A DNA stretch of 64,000 nt from Tepidisphaera sp. (GCA_050916045.1 CP051526.1:1280001-1344000), one strand, 5' to 3'; shown: positions 19,957 through 30,470, counted from the first letter of the stretch. Numbers and translations are program-made. Notes: generated by a model from the sequence alone, not told the origin.

Positions 19957-20645
19957 GCGGGCACCTTCTCGCGGTCGGACTGGCCTTGCGCATGACATCC
20001 GCACGCCCCGGCGAACTGTTCCAGCCGGACGGGAAGCAGCTTCATCGGCAGGCCCATGACGGTCGTCGGATCGCCCTGGTGGGTAAGCGGCCAGCCGTCG
20101 GCTTGCCTTTCGCGCAGGTTGTACCCGCCGGCTTTCCCGCGCCAGGCGTCGGTTGCGAGGTACTCGCGGATCATCGCGTCGCTGAGGTGCCCGACGGTGA
20201 CGGCGGCGCGATCGACGAAGACCATGCGGCGGCCGGTCGACCGCTCGACGAGCGCGACGCCGGTCACGACTTCGTGCGTGCCGTCGCTCAGGCCGCGCAG
20301 GATGCGGAACGCCTCCGCTCCGTCACGCGGCGTCCCGATCAGCGTGCCGTTTTTCACGATCGCGGTGTCGGCTCCGAGCACGGTGCAGCCGGGCGAAGCG
20401 GTCTGGGCCCCGGCGGCGGCTTTCAAATAGGCGAGAGCCGCGACCCACTGGGACGGCGTCACCGCTCCGGGCGACAGGTCGGAATCGTCGAATCCCGGGT
20501 GCTGGGAATGGTGGGCGAGGCCGGCTTCCTCGAGCAGTTGCCGACGCCTGGGGGATCGGCTTGCGAGGTGGAGGCCGACGTGCGGGCCAAGAGCCGCCGG
20601 GGGCGGCGTCTGGGCGATTCCATTCTGGGGCGATCCCTGCTCCAC
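19953..20645 (-). CDS. maf: Maf family nucleotide pyrophosphatase
   Basis: LASRSPRRRQLL, LGADT, HEVVTGV, GKAGGY, VMGLP; start (GTG 20645) uncertain. Confidence 0.9.
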   Translation of the reverse strand: MEQGSPQNGIAQTPPPAALGPHVGLHLASRSPRRRQLLEEAGLAHHSQHPGFDDSDLSPGAVTPSQWVAALAYLKAAAGAQTASPGCTVLGADTAIVKNGTLIGTPRDGAEAFRILRGLSDGTHEVVTGVALVERSTGRRMVFVDRAAVTVGHLSDAMIREYLATDAWRGKAGGYNLRERQADGWPLTHQGDPTTVMGLPMKLLPVRLEQFAGACGCHAQGQSDREKVPA

Positions 20646-20715
20646 GAGTGCAGTGTACCACGGAAATTCGCCTTGCCAACCGGGTTTCGCATTTGGCCGG
20701 GTGTATGCTGACGCG

Positions 20716-21522
20716 ATGCGTGCGCACCTCATCCAGATGGACCTCGCGTGGGAAGATCGGACCGAGAATCACCGCCGGCTTTCGGGCTTGCTGGAACGCA
20801 TTTCCGGCTTGGCGGGCTCGGGGGATCTGGTCGCGCTCCCCGAGATGTTCGACACGGGGTTTTCATTCAATCTTGCGCGAACGGCGGATTCGGACGGCAA
20901 GACAGTGGGCTCAACGCTTGGCTTTCTCTGTGATTGTGCCCGGAGATATGGCATCACGCTGCACGGGTCGCGGAGCGTCGTCGGCGCGGACGGTCGGGGC
21001 CGGAATCGGGCGACGATCGTCGGGCCGGATGGGTCTGTGCTCGTCGAGTACGACAAGATCCACCCGTTCAGCTTCGGGCGGGAGAGCGAGTTTTTCTCGG
21101 GGGGTTCGAGCGTCGTGACGTACGAGTGGCGGAGCGGGCGCGACTCGATCCTGGTCTGCCCGGCGATCTGCTACGACCTTCGGTTCCCCGAGCTTTTCCG
21201 GATCGGCCTTCAGAAGGGCGCGGAGATGTTCGTGCTCGGAGCCAACTGGCCCGCGCCGCGGAAGGTGCACCGCCGCATCCTCTCGATCGCGCGGGCGATT
21301 GAGAACCAGGCGTACATGCTCAGCATCAACCGCTCGGGCAGGGATCCGCACCTGGACTACGCGGGCGAGTCGCTCGCGGTGGGCCCGACGGGCGATGTGA
21401 TCGCCGAGGGCGGGACGGGCGAGGAGATCCTCACCGTCGAGATTGATCCGGGCGCGGTGCGGGCGTGGCGGGAGAAGTTCCCCGCGTGGCGGGATCTCAA
21501 GCTTGCGATGGAAGGGGTCTGA
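20716..21522 (+). CDS. Carbon-nitrogen (nitrilase family) hydrolase, omega-amidase-like
   Basis: Catalytic E-K-C triad: LPEMF, YDKIH, ICYDLRFPE; ARAIENQ. Confidence 0.92.
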   Translation: MRAHLIQMDLAWEDRTENHRRLSGLLERISGLAGSGDLVALPEMFDTGFSFNLARTADSDGKTVGSTLGFLCDCARRYGITLHGSRSVVGADGRGRNRATIVGPDGSVLVEYDKIHPFSFGRESEFFSGGSSVVTYEWRSGRDSILVCPAICYDLRFPELFRIGLQKGAEMFVLGANWPAPRKVHRRILSIARAIENQAYMLSINRSGRDPHLDYAGESLAVGPTGDVIAEGGTGEEILTVEIDPGAVRAWREKFPAWRDLKLAMEGV

Positions 21523-21524
21523 TC

Positions 21525-22826
21525 ATGGCGCAGGAACCGATCGTCTGTCCGCACTGCAAGGGTCGCATCGAGCTCACGCAGGTGATGTCCTCCGCGATCG
21601 AAGCCAAGATCCGCCGCGACCTCGAAGCCGAAGCGGGGGCGCGGCGCGCGGAGGATGAACGCCGCCGACAGGACCTGGACCTCCGCGAAGCCAAAGCCCG
21701 CGAGGAAGCCGCCGCCGCCAAACGCGCCATGACCGAAGCCGAGGAACGCGTCCGAAGCCTCCTCGCGGCCGAGAGGCTCAAGGTGCAGGAGCAGGCCCGC
21801 CGCGATGCCGTCGCCCAGGCCGCCGCCGAATCCGAGCTTGCCATCCGCGCCGCCAAGGAGGACGCCGAACGCATCCGGATGAAGCTGACCGAAGCTCAGA
21901 AAGCCGAGCTCGCCTGGAGACAGGAAAGGCAGGCTTTCGAGGACACCAAGCGGTCGTTCGAGCTCGACAAGCAGCGGGAGATCGAGGAAGCCAAAGCCGC
22001 GCTGCTGGAGCGGGCCCGTCGCGACGCCACCGAAGAGGCGCGCCTCACGCTCGCGAGCAAGGACAAGGTTATCGACGATCTCAAGCGATTGACGGAAGAT
22101 CTGAAGCGGAAAGCCGAGCAGGGTTCGCAGCAGCTCCAGGGCGAGGTGCTTGAGCTTGATCTCGAGGCTTCGCTCCGCGCGGCGTTCCCGCGCGACACGG
22201 TGGAGCCCGTGGCCAAGGGGGCTTTCGGCGGCGATGCGGTGCAGCGCGTGTTGGGGAGCGGCGTGGCGACGGTCGGGACGATCCTCTGGGAATCCAAGCG
22301 GACCAAGACGTGGAGCGATGGCTGGCTCGCCAAGCTCCGGAGCGACCAGCGAACGGCGAAAGCGGACATCGCGGTGCTTGTGACCTCGGCGCTGCCCAAG
22401 GGTGTGGAACAGTTTGGGCAGGTGGATGGCGTGTGGGTGTGCGCGGTGGGGGTGGCGGTGCCGCTGGCGTGCGTGCTCAGGCAGGCGTTGATCGACGTCG
22501 CCGGGGCCCGGGCGAGCGCTGAGGGTGTGCAGACCAAGATGGAGCTTGTCTACCGATACCTGACGGGCCCGGGGTTCAAACAGCGCGTGGAAGCGATCGT
22601 GGAAGCGTTCACGACGATGCGCGAGGACCTCGAGACCGAGAAGAAGTTCGTGATGCGTCAGTGGGCCAAGCGCGACATGCAGATCGCCAACGTGCTCGCG
22701 AGCACGATGGGCATGCACGGCGACCTGCAGGGCATCGCGGGCGGAAGCGTCCCCGAGATCGCCGGGCTTGAGGTCGTGGTGCCGGATCGCTCGCTTGAGT
22801 CCGGAGCGGCGGATCGTCGCGGGTAG
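21525..22826 (+). CDS. DUF2130-like coiled-coil protein
   Basis: CPHC N-terminus, long coiled coil, GSQQLQGEVLE, FPRD..EPVAKG..GGD, ILWESKRTKTWS..WLAKL. Confidence 0.85.
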   Translation: MAQEPIVCPHCKGRIELTQVMSSAIEAKIRRDLEAEAGARRAEDERRRQDLDLREAKAREEAAAAKRAMTEAEERVRSLLAAERLKVQEQARRDAVAQAAAESELAIRAAKEDAERIRMKLTEAQKAELAWRQERQAFEDTKRSFELDKQREIEEAKAALLERARRDATEEARLTLASKDKVIDDLKRLTEDLKRKAEQGSQQLQGEVLELDLEASLRAAFPRDTVEPVAKGAFGGDAVQRVLGSGVATVGTILWESKRTKTWSDGWLAKLRSDQRTAKADIAVLVTSALPKGVEQFGQVDGVWVCAVGVAVPLACVLRQALIDVAGARASAEGVQTKMELVYRYLTGPGFKQRVEAIVEAFTTMREDLETEKKFVMRQWAKRDMQIANVLASTMGMHGDLQGIAGGSVPEIAGLEVVVPDRSLESGAADRRG

Positions 22827-22852
22827 GCCGATCGGGCGAGGAGAAAGAGGCG

Positions 22853-22887
22853 AAAAGCAAAAGAGCCCGGCGAGGTGCCGGGCTCTT
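22853..22887 (-). terminator. Rho-independent terminator (probably bidirectional)
   Basis: AAGAGCCCGGC-GAGGT-GCCGGGCTCTT hairpin, followed on the - strand by TTGCTTTT; lies between convergent genes. Confidence 0.8.
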
Positions 22888-22910
22888 GAGTAGACGTTCG
22901 GAGTCGTTGC

Positions 22911-24026
22911 TTAGCGCCAGATCGGCTCGGAGCCGCCGAAGTCGACGCCCTTCAGGCCGCCACGCGTCGTGGCGAAGTAGGCCGCCGTGAAGGTCGCGGT
23001 TCCGCGGCTGCCGTCGCGGAGGGGAGGGAACCAGTCAATGCCTGCTGCGTTGTTGGCGTACACATAGTCCCACGCCTGATTCATGTTCGTGGGCGCGGTG
23101 TAGTCCCAGCCGCGGTTGGCATCACCGGTCACTTTCACCGAGACGTGATTGTCGAAGAACAGGAACGGCTGACGGGCATCGTCGAAGTTCCAGTAGTACT
23201 GCTTCTTGGTGTAGTGGCGGCTGGCGAAGTCATACATGATGATCTTCTGGCCGGGGAAGACGACGTCGGTCAGCACGCGGCGGCCGATGTTGCCCGTGGG
23301 GTTGTTGGCGCCGCCGCCGAAGGTCGTGTAGAAGCGGGCGTCGAGCATGTGGTACGAAGACTCGCGGGCGTTGCCCAGGTCCGCCGACCACCACGACGGA
23401 GCGCAGCGGTAGCTGGAGCTGTAGGGCCAACGCTTTTCATCGTTGGTGAGGGCGCCCGGGCCGGCGGGGTTGGGCTCGCCGAGGTTGTTGTAGTTCTGCG
23501 GGTCGGTCTGCCAGGCGAGGAGGAACCGGTCCTCCGGGCACGCGACCGACTTGGTCGGGAGCGTCTGGGCCAGGTACTCCTGCAGCTTCAGGTGGTTGTA
23601 CAGGACGTTGGCGATCCAGCCGCCGATGGGCAGCATGTCGGTGCGGCCCGTCCGCTTGCGGATGATGTTGATGGCATCGTCCGCGGCGGATCGGGTCTCG
23701 TCCGCGACGGTGTTCGCGTAGGTGATGGTCTGGTTGAGACCTGTCGCGTCCCAGCGGACCGTGCGGCCGCGATAGTGCTGGAGAGACCAAAGGCGGTCCT
23801 TGAAGTCGGCGGCGTACGAGAAGCTGCCGGTGCCGAACATCTTGAGGTTGGCGCCGCAGATCGTGAGCTTGGCGATCTTGCGGGCTTCGGAGAGCGCGGG
23901 CAGGAGGATGCCGATGAGCAGCGCGATAATCGCGATGACCACGAGCAACTCGATGAGCGTGAACGCGGATCTCCGAGAACCCGGTCCGCCTGAGAGTTTC
24001 GAACGAATGGTGCCGACGACCTTCAT
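22911..24026 (-). CDS. Prepilin-type N-terminal cleavage/methylation domain protein (planctomycete DUF1559-like)
   Basis: [33 protein letters not shown]....C..NLK; GGAGG RBS before ATG 24026. Confidence 0.9.
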   Translation of the reverse strand: MKVVGTIRSKLSGGPGSRRSAFTLIELLVVIAIIALLIGILLPALSEARKIAKLTICGANLKMFGTGSFSYAADFKDRLWSLQHYRGRTVRWDATGLNQTITYANTVADETRSAADDAINIIRKRTGRTDMLPIGGWIANVLYNHLKLQEYLAQTLPTKSVACPEDRFLLAWQTDPQNYNNLGEPNPAGPGALTNDEKRWPYSSSYRCAPSWWSADLGNARESSYHMLDARFYTTFGGGANNPTGNIGRRVLTDVVFPGQKIIMYDFASRHYTKKQYYWNFDDARQPFLFFDNHVSVKVTGDANRGWDYTAPTNMNQAWDYVYANNAAGIDWFPPLRDGSRGTATFTAAYFATTRGGLKGVDFGGSEPIWR

Positions 24027-24182
24027 TACCAACCTCCCGGCCCGCGGTGCGGGCCCGATGAAGCGATCCCACCCGATAGCTCGACGAGCCATCGAAGCAC
24101 GCCCTTGAAGTCTGAGGCAGGGCGGAGAATGCGCCCGGGCGTCGGACGCGCCCAACGCGGGCGCACCGTCCTCGACGGAATT

Positions 24183-24211
24183 AGTGTACCACCAGCGCAG
24201 GCTTTGCACAA
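24183..24211 (-). promoter_or_regulatory. Candidate sigma70 promoter for the prepilin-like gene
   Basis: On the - strand TTGTGC-N17-TACACT with a TG extension, about 155 nt upstream of the start. Confidence 0.5.
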
Positions 24212-24255
24212 GTGCGAGCCGAAAGTGTTTCATGCCGCCCCGGGGGTGGTCGGTC

Positions 24256-25332
24256 TTAGCGCACGCCGGAGAGTTCCTTCTGCGTGAGGCGGGCTTTGGC
24301 CGTTCGCAGGAGGTTTGTGGCTTTGTCTTTGTTTGTGTTGGAATTGTCGGCGGCGGCGGGCTCGAGCAGGGCGATCGCCCGGGTCAGGCTTTCGACCGTG
24401 TCCTGCTTGATGAGGGCGTCGGCTTGGGCGAGCGTCTCATCTTGGGGAGCGTCCGGGGTGGGCTTGGGGTCCGCCGGGGCGGCGGGGGTGGAAGGGGCGG
24501 CTGAGGGGGTGGTCGCCGGGGCCGGGCTGGCGGCGGGGGTTTCGGCGGGGCGGACCGGCGGGGCCGCTTGGAAGGTCTCGGCTTCCGCCGGGGCGGGTGC
24601 CGGTGTGGCGGATCGGGCTGCTTTGGGAGCGAAGTTGGGGTTGATGGAGACAAAGCCGCTGAAGTAGGCGGCAGCGCCGAGGGCCGTGAGCAGGCCGATT
24701 ACGGCGAAAGCACCGAAGAGCCACATCCAGAGCCAGCGGACGTTGGCTTCGAGCGCGGCGGCGTGGCGGAGCAGCGAGGAGGAAGGCTCGGTGTGGGTTG
24801 CGGGCGGCGGGGGCGGCGGGGCGGGCGGTTGAGCCGCGACGGGCGGGCCGCCGGGGAGGGCCCGGAGGGGCATGAGGCCCAGCTCCTGGCGGTCGCGCTG
24901 GAACTGGAACTCGATGTGGCACTCGGGGCAGTGCGGGTCGGTGGGTTCGACATCGCAGCCGCAGCTGTGGCACAGACCCAGAAGGTTGGCGACGCCGGGG
25001 ACGCGTTTGGCGGGGGACCAGAATTGATGCGTGGTCGGGCTTCGGAGGACCGAGTCGAGGGAGATGCGTCCGCGGGAGACGAGGGTGACGATGGTTTCGT
25101 AGGAGCAGCCGGACTGGTGGGGGCTGTCGGGGTTTCGGATGAACCAGGCGCCCATCGCGTTCTGCGAAGCTTGGCGCGAGAGGGGGTCGAGAAATCCGCG
25201 GCAGTGCGTGCAGCGTGGCTGGTCGGGGGTCGCGCCGCCGCAGTAGGGGCAGACGAACATCGGCAGCGCGGCGGGCTGGCCATGGGTGGAGTCAGCGGCG
25301 GGATCGGTGGTGGGTTCGGTGGTGGGTTGCAT
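24256..25332 (-). CDS. Hypothetical membrane-anchored protein with multiple zinc ribbons and Pro/Ala-rich linker
   Basis: CPYC, CTHC, CHSC, CPEC motifs and one TM segment ([16 protein letters not shown]); start inferred at MQPTTEP. Confidence 0.7.
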   Translation of the reverse strand: MQPTTEPTTDPAADSTHGQPAALPMFVCPYCGGATPDQPRCTHCRGFLDPLSRQASQNAMGAWFIRNPDSPHQSGCSYETIVTLVSRGRISLDSVLRSPTTHQFWSPAKRVPGVANLLGLCHSCGCDVEPTDPHCPECHIEFQFQRDRQELGLMPLRALPGGPPVAAQPPAPPPPPPATHTEPSSSLLRHAAALEANVRWLWMWLFGAFAVIGLLTALGAAAYFSGFVSINPNFAPKAARSATPAPAPAEAETFQAAPPVRPAETPAASPAPATTPSAAPSTPAAPADPKPTPDAPQDETLAQADALIKQDTVESLTRAIALLEPAAADNSNTNKDKATNLLRTAKARLTQKELSGVR

Positions 25333-25434
25333 CGGCTTTGGGAGTCGATTCGGACGCGGGGCGGCCGGGGTTGCGTCCGGGTGGAGTCCGGGAATCGTAG
25401 GGGGTGCGTGGTGGCGGGGGTCTACGCTGTGGTT

Positions 25435-26376
25435 GTGACGACCAAGGTTCGGATTACGGATGTTTCGCCGCGGGATGGGCTTCAGAACGAAGCCGGGGTG
25501 ATCCCGACGCTGGACAAAGCGGAGCTGGTGCGGCTGGTTGTGGCCAGCGGGGTGGACGAGGTTGAGGTGACGAGCTTTGTGAGCGCGAAGTGGGTGCCGC
25601 AGCTCGGCGATGCGGCGGAGGTTTTCGAAGCGGTCGCGGGGATGCGTGCGGCGGGGGGCGGGCCGGTTCTTTCGGCGCTGGTGCCCAACGAGCGCGGGAT
25701 GGCTTCGGCGATGGATGTGATTCGCAAGCACCCGGGGCTGATCGGGAAGGTCTCGGTGTTTACGGCGGCGAGCGAGACGTTTGCGAAGAAGAACACCAAC
25801 GCGAGCATCGCGGAGACGATCGAGCGGTTCAAGCCGGTGATCGAGGCGGCGCGGGGCGCGGGCGTGACGGTTCGCGGGTACCTGTCGTGCGTCATCGCGT
25901 GTCCGTTCGAGGGGCCGATTGCGCCCGAGCGGGTGGCGGAGGTCTCGGCGAAGCTTCGCGAGATCGGGGTGGATGAGCTTGACCTTGGCGACACGATCGG
26001 CGCGGGGACGGCAGAATCGGTCGGCGCGATGATGGATGCGGTGGGCGGGGTGTGGCCGGTGGGGCCGGGTGGGTGGCCTGGGAGCGAGCGCGGGCTTTTG
26101 ACGCTTCACCTTCACGACACGTTCGGCCGTGCGGCGGAGTGTGTGCGTGCGGCGCTGGCTCGGGGCGTGCGGTCGTTCGACGGGTCGGTCGCGGGGCTTG
26201 GCGGGTGTCCGTACGCGAGCACGCCGGGGAAGCGGGCACCCGGGAACATCGACACGCGGACGCTTGTCGAGACGGTGCACGCGGCGGGGTTTGCGACGAG
26301 CGTGTCGCTTGCGTCGCTCGAGCGGGCGGCGGAGTTCGCGCGGTCCGTCGTGGCGCGGGCGAGGAGCGTCTCGTGA
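25435..26376 (+). CDS. Hydroxymethylglutaryl-CoA lyase
   Basis: DVSPRDGLQNE, SFVSAKWVPQL, ALVPN, LGDTIG, LHLHDT, GLGGCPYA, GNI; GTG start approximate. Confidence 0.93.
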   Translation: MTTKVRITDVSPRDGLQNEAGVIPTLDKAELVRLVVASGVDEVEVTSFVSAKWVPQLGDAAEVFEAVAGMRAAGGGPVLSALVPNERGMASAMDVIRKHPGLIGKVSVFTAASETFAKKNTNASIAETIERFKPVIEAARGAGVTVRGYLSCVIACPFEGPIAPERVAEVSAKLREIGVDELDLGDTIGAGTAESVGAMMDAVGGVWPVGPGGWPGSERGLLTLHLHDTFGRAAECVRAALARGVRSFDGSVAGLGGCPYASTPGKRAPGNIDTRTLVETVHAAGFATSVSLASLERAAEFARSVVARARSVS

Positions 26377-27134
26377 TCAGCGTGCGCGTCGAGCATGAGG
26401 TCGCGCTGATCCTGCTGAACCGGCCGCAGAAGCGGAACGCGATGACGCCGGAGATGCTCGGGTCGCTGGTCTCGGCGGTGGAGCAGCTTGGCAGGACGGG
26501 GGCGCGGGCGATCGTGCTGAGCGGCGAGGGTGCGGCGTTTTGTGCGGGTTTTGACCTTTCGCTTTGCCAGGATCACCCGGACGGTTCGGTGATGCGGGCG
26601 CTGCTGACGGGGCTTTCGGGGGCGATCGAGGCGCTGCGTGACCAGCCGCTTCCGGTGGTGATCGCGGCGCACGGCGCGGCGATCGCGGGCGGGTGCGCGG
26701 TGCTGGGCGCGGGGGATCTGGTTTTCACCAACGACGAGGCCAAGCTTGGGTATCCGGTGGTGAAACTGGGCGTGTCGCCGGCGGTGTCGGCGCCGTTTCT
26801 CCGCCTGCGGGTTGGGGATGGTCACGCCCGCGAGCGGCTTTTGGACACGCGGCTGATCGGCGGGCGCGAAGCCGAGCGATGCGGGCTTGTGACGAAGTCG
26901 TTGGCGACGGCGGAAGAGGTCTTGCCGGCAGCGATGGAAGCGGCGCGGGTGCTGGCGAGCAAGCCCGCGCCGGCGATGGCGGCGACGCGCGGGTGGCTTG
27001 CGGAAATCGAGAGCGTCGGCGGCTTCGCGTGGCGGAGTCTGTCCGTGTCGCTTTCGCTGACCGGCGGTGAGGAAGAGCGGGCACTGCTCCCGGTCGCGTG
27101 GGCTCCGAGGAAGCAGACTGAGCGAGGTGCATGA
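26373..27134 (+). CDS. Enoyl-CoA hydratase/isomerase (crotonase) family protein
   Basis: LNRPQKRNAM, AFCAGFDL, GAAIAGG; GTGA coupling to HMG-CoA lyase. Confidence 0.88.
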   Translation: MISVRVEHEVALILLNRPQKRNAMTPEMLGSLVSAVEQLGRTGARAIVLSGEGAAFCAGFDLSLCQDHPDGSVMRALLTGLSGAIEALRDQPLPVVIAAHGAAIAGGCAVLGAGDLVFTNDEAKLGYPVVKLGVSPAVSAPFLRLRVGDGHARERLLDTRLIGGREAERCGLVTKSLATAEEVLPAAMEAARVLASKPAPAMAATRGWLAEIESVGGFAWRSLSVSLSLTGGEEERALLPVAWAPRKQTERGA

Positions 27135-27877
27135 TGCTTGCGACACTTGAGTACAACGGTTCCATCGCGACGCTGACACTGAATCGACCGGAGGCCCGCA
27201 ACGCGCTGTCGATCGACCTGCTGGCTTCGCTCCACCATCGGGTGGATGAACTCGCGAAGCGGCCGGACGTGAAGGTGGCGGTGTTGACGGGTGCGGGGAA
27301 GGCGTTCTGCGCGGGGATGGACCTCAAAGCGGTGCTTGACAACCACGAGCTTGCGCTCGCGCTGCTGACATCGCTTGGCGAACTGACGCTGAAGCTTCGG
27401 GCGTTGCCGCAGGTGCTTGTGGCGCGGGTGAACGGAGCGGCGATCGGTGGCGGGTGCGGTCTGACGACGGTGTGCGACTTCGCCATCACGCACGCGGATT
27501 CGGTGATGGGGTTCCCGGAGGTCGATCTGGGCGTGTGTCCGGCGGTGGTGGCGCCGTGGCTGGTGCGTCGGCTTGGCGCGGGGAAAGCCCGGACGGTGTT
27601 GCTTCGCGGGGGGACGATGTCGGGGCAGCAGGCGTACGACATCGGGATGGTGTCGGGCGTGGTGGGGGCGGCCGGCGATCTTGACGCGGCGACGAGCGAG
27701 CTTGTCACGCGGCTTGCGCAGGGCGGGGGGGATGCGCTTCGAGCGACGAAGGGGCTGCTCAACGATATCGACGGCTCGCGTGATGCGGAGCTGGTGCGCA
27801 AGGGCGCGCGGCTTTCGGCGGACGTGCTGAGCACGCCGGAAGCTCAGGAGAGGCTTCGGGCGAGGATGAAGTCCTGA
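27131..27877 (+). CDS. Enoyl-CoA hydratase family protein, likely methylglutaconyl-CoA hydratase
   Basis: LNRPEARNALS, AFCAGMDL, GAAIGGGCGL, FPEVDLG; ATGA coupling and HMG-CoA lyase context. Confidence 0.88.
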   Translation: MMLATLEYNGSIATLTLNRPEARNALSIDLLASLHHRVDELAKRPDVKVAVLTGAGKAFCAGMDLKAVLDNHELALALLTSLGELTLKLRALPQVLVARVNGAAIGGGCGLTTVCDFAITHADSVMGFPEVDLGVCPAVVAPWLVRRLGAGKARTVLLRGGTMSGQQAYDIGMVSGVVGAAGDLDAATSELVTRLAQGGGDALRATKGLLNDIDGSRDAELVRKGARLSADVLSTPEAQERLRARMKS

Positions 27878-27886
27878 GAGTCAGAT

Positions 27887-28801
27887 TCAGGCGGGGGTCT
27901 GCTGTGCCTCGAAGGCGATCACTCCGGCCAGCGCGAGAGCGATGATGATCATCCACCCGATGACGGACAAGAGCCACATGGCTTTGAGCCGGTTGTTCTC
28001 GCAAAGCCAGAAGACGTAATACAGCGATGGAATCTGGAGGAGGAACGGGATAATCGAGGCCTCTTCCTGTTCGTTCTCGCGGCCGTACCATGCCGCAGAA
28101 ACTGTGAGCGTCATCACAGCAATGTGATACAGCCCCCAGAAGACTCGTCCTTCGAGAAACGGTTGGACGATCATGGCGATCATGTAGTACAGGCCATAGA
28201 CCAGAATCGACGCTACGAAGACGAGCCAAAAGATTGGCGCGACGAGCGAAACGGCGATGGTGGCGCCGAAGAAGATGACGATCAGGCCCGCGATCTTCGA
28301 AACCTCGTTCCAGTCGGTGTTGCTGCCCAGGGAAACTCGAGGCCCTGATCGGGACCCGCCCGAGCTGCCGCCACCGCCGCGATCCGCGAGCACCTTCGTC
28401 TTGATCACCTTGCCCGTCTGCGCGTTGTAGCCGCAGACGAGGCAGACGGTCGCGCCCGGGGACATGGCGGCGGAGCAGGCGTTGCAGGTCGCGGCTCGCA
28501 ACTGGACCGCAGGGGCGTCCTTGGAGGTGGTGATGGAGGGGAGGGCTTCGCCGAGGATCTTCTCCATGATCGGGTCGACCATCGCGGGCGCCTCGGCGGG
28601 CTTGGCGACCGCGCGGCTGCCGGGGAGTGGCGTGGGATCGGGGGCGGGCTTGGACGTGAGCATCGCCGGCGGGGAGGTCTGAGCCGCGCTCTTCGCGCTG
28701 CAGGACTGGCAGAAGTACCGGCCCTGCACGTCCTTGGTGCGAGGCTTGTCCGAAACATCAAGGCCGCACAGGTTGCACACTTTCTGCTTGACGCCGGACA
28801 T
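27887..28801 (-). CDS. Hypothetical membrane protein with N-terminal zinc fingers
   Basis: CNLC..CQSC, CNAC..CLVC, then several TM helices. Confidence 0.75.
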   Translation of the reverse strand: MSGVKQKVCNLCGLDVSDKPRTKDVQGRYFCQSCSAKSAAQTSPPAMLTSKPAPDPTPLPGSRAVAKPAEAPAMVDPIMEKILGEALPSITTSKDAPAVQLRAATCNACSAAMSPGATVCLVCGYNAQTGKVIKTKVLADRGGGGSSGGSRSGPRVSLGSNTDWNEVSKIAGLIVIFFGATIAVSLVAPIFWLVFVASILVYGLYYMIAMIVQPFLEGRVFWGLYHIAVMTLTVSAAWYGRENEQEEASIIPFLLQIPSLYYVFWLCENNRLKAMWLLSVIGWMIIIALALAGVIAFEAQQTPA

Positions 28802-28876
28802 GCGAAGTTCTCCCGAATGAAGGGGAGAGCATATCCGAAGCTGGAGAAATTGAAAAGCCTGATCGAAAGGGTTCGT

Positions 28877-29560
28877 TTACCAGCCGGGCTTGGGGGCGGG
28901 CGGACCGCTTCGGGCAGCGGGCCTGGGCGGGGGCGCGGCCGCGGGTTTGAAGCCCTTGGCGACGATGTAGGTTTCGCGGCTGACGTCTCGGCAGGCGTGC
29001 GGCTTGAAACCTTGGGCCCGCGCGAAGATCGCCTGGGTTTCTCGGACCACGTCCATGTAGTCGGTGCCCTCGAAGATCTTCATCGTGAGGTTGCCGCCGG
29101 GGCGGAGGACTTCGGGGAGGAGTTCGAGGACCCTGCGGCAGAGGCGGGCGGACGCGAAGTCGTCGCCGTGGCCGGTGGTGTTGGGAGCCATGTCGCTGAG
29201 GACGACATCGAAAAATCGGCCGGGGTTAAGCTCGTTGCGGATGTGGGCGAGGAGGTGTTCGGCGGAGGCGTTGAAGGCGTCGCCGATCTCCGCGATGACG
29301 CGGGCTTCACCCCACGAGGTCGCGACGGGGTTGGTTTCGAGGAGGTCGATGCCGACGACGACGCCGGTCTTGCCGACGGCTTCGCTTGCGGTTTGGAGCC
29401 AGGATCCCGGTGCGCAGCCGAGGTCCAGGACGCGGTCGCCGGGGCGGAAGAGGCGGTGGCGTTCGTCGATTTCCTTGAGCTTGTAGGCCGAGCGCGCGAC
29501 GTACCCCTCGGCTTTGGCCTGTCGGAAGTACGCGTCGTGGAGTTTGCGGGGTTGGGGCAT
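28877..29560 (-). CDS. rlmE: 23S rRNA (uridine-2'-O)-methyltransferase RlmE/FtsJ
   Basis: GYVARSAYKL, LDLGCAPGSW, VLSDMAP, KIFEG, SRETY. Confidence 0.95.
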   Translation of the reverse strand: MPQPRKLHDAYFRQAKAEGYVARSAYKLKEIDERHRLFRPGDRVLDLGCAPGSWLQTASEAVGKTGVVVGIDLLETNPVATSWGEARVIAEIGDAFNASAEHLLAHIRNELNPGRFFDVVLSDMAPNTTGHGDDFASARLCRRVLELLPEVLRPGGNLTMKIFEGTDYMDVVRETQAIFARAQGFKPHACRDVSRETYIVAKGFKPAAAPPPRPAARSGPPAPKPGW

Positions 29561-29669
29561 CGCCGCTTGGAGGTTAGCGTCGCCGCGCGGTATGAGCCCG
29601 GCCCGCCGTGCGGAGGCCGGAATGCTGGGTCCGGGACCCTCGACTCGGAACTTGGTCCTACAAAAGGGC

Positions 29670-30470
29670 TTAGAACGGGCCGTTGGCGGTGCCGATGGCG
29701 CTCCACGCACCGACCTCGACCTTGACGTCGCCGCTCGCGCTGAGCATGGACCACGTCTTTGTGCCGCCGTTGAGCGTCGCTCCGAACGTGGTGAGGGTCT
29801 TCTTGACGGATTCGAGGCCATCCGCCCGGACGTTTACCTGCGGCTCGCCCTTGGGCGTGTTGAGCTCGAGGCGTCCCTGGGAGCTTGTTGGAACAAGGAT
29901 CGAAATGTCCCCCATGGTCGTGCGGAGGGAGACGGCTTCGGCGATGCGTCGCGTGGTTTCGATCCGGATATCGCCGCCGTCGCCGCCCTTGTATCCGTTC
30001 TCGACGGTGATCTCGCCGCCGATGTTGCGGAGCACGACGTTGCCGCCGGAATTGCGGACGCGGATGCCCTCGCAGGTGGGGGTCTGGATGAGCAGGCGGA
30101 CGGAGGATGGCTTGGTCTTCGCGTCGCGGGTCGTCATGACGCGGAGCACCGGCTTGCCCTGCACGGCGACGACCTCGGCGGCGTACCAGGACTTGACGGT
30201 GGCGTCGTCGGTGAGCCGCATGAACTGGCTGGACTCATCGAGGACCCAGGCCCGCAGGGTGGGCTGCGTGAGGGTCGGAATGACCTCGACCTCGACCGAG
30301 CCGCGGAAGTTCTCGATGTCGACCATGAGGGGCCGGTCGAGGCGGGCGACGGAGTTGGCTTTGCTGACCCGAAGGTCGTGCGTGGTCGGGACCGAGCAGC
30401 CGGTCGCGGCGAGAAGCAGGCCGGCAAGGGCGGTGGAAGCGAGGGCTTTGAGCGTGCCGCGGGTGGTCAT
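29670..30470 (-). CDS. Lipoprotein with DUF4097/adhesin-like beta repeats
   Basis: Lipobox ATGC; repeated segments NFRGSV, NSGGNV, GGDIRI, TMGDI, SASGDV. Confidence 0.7.
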   Translation of the reverse strand: MTTRGTLKALASTALAGLLLAATGCSVPTTHDLRVSKANSVARLDRPLMVDIENFRGSVEVEVIPTLTQPTLRAWVLDESSQFMRLTDDATVKSWYAAEVVAVQGKPVLRVMTTRDAKTKPSSVRLLIQTPTCEGIRVRNSGGNVVLRNIGGEITVENGYKGGDGGDIRIETTRRIAEAVSLRTTMGDISILVPTSSQGRLELNTPKGEPQVNVRADGLESVKKTLTTFGATLNGGTKTWSMLSASGDVKVEVGAWSAIGTANGPF

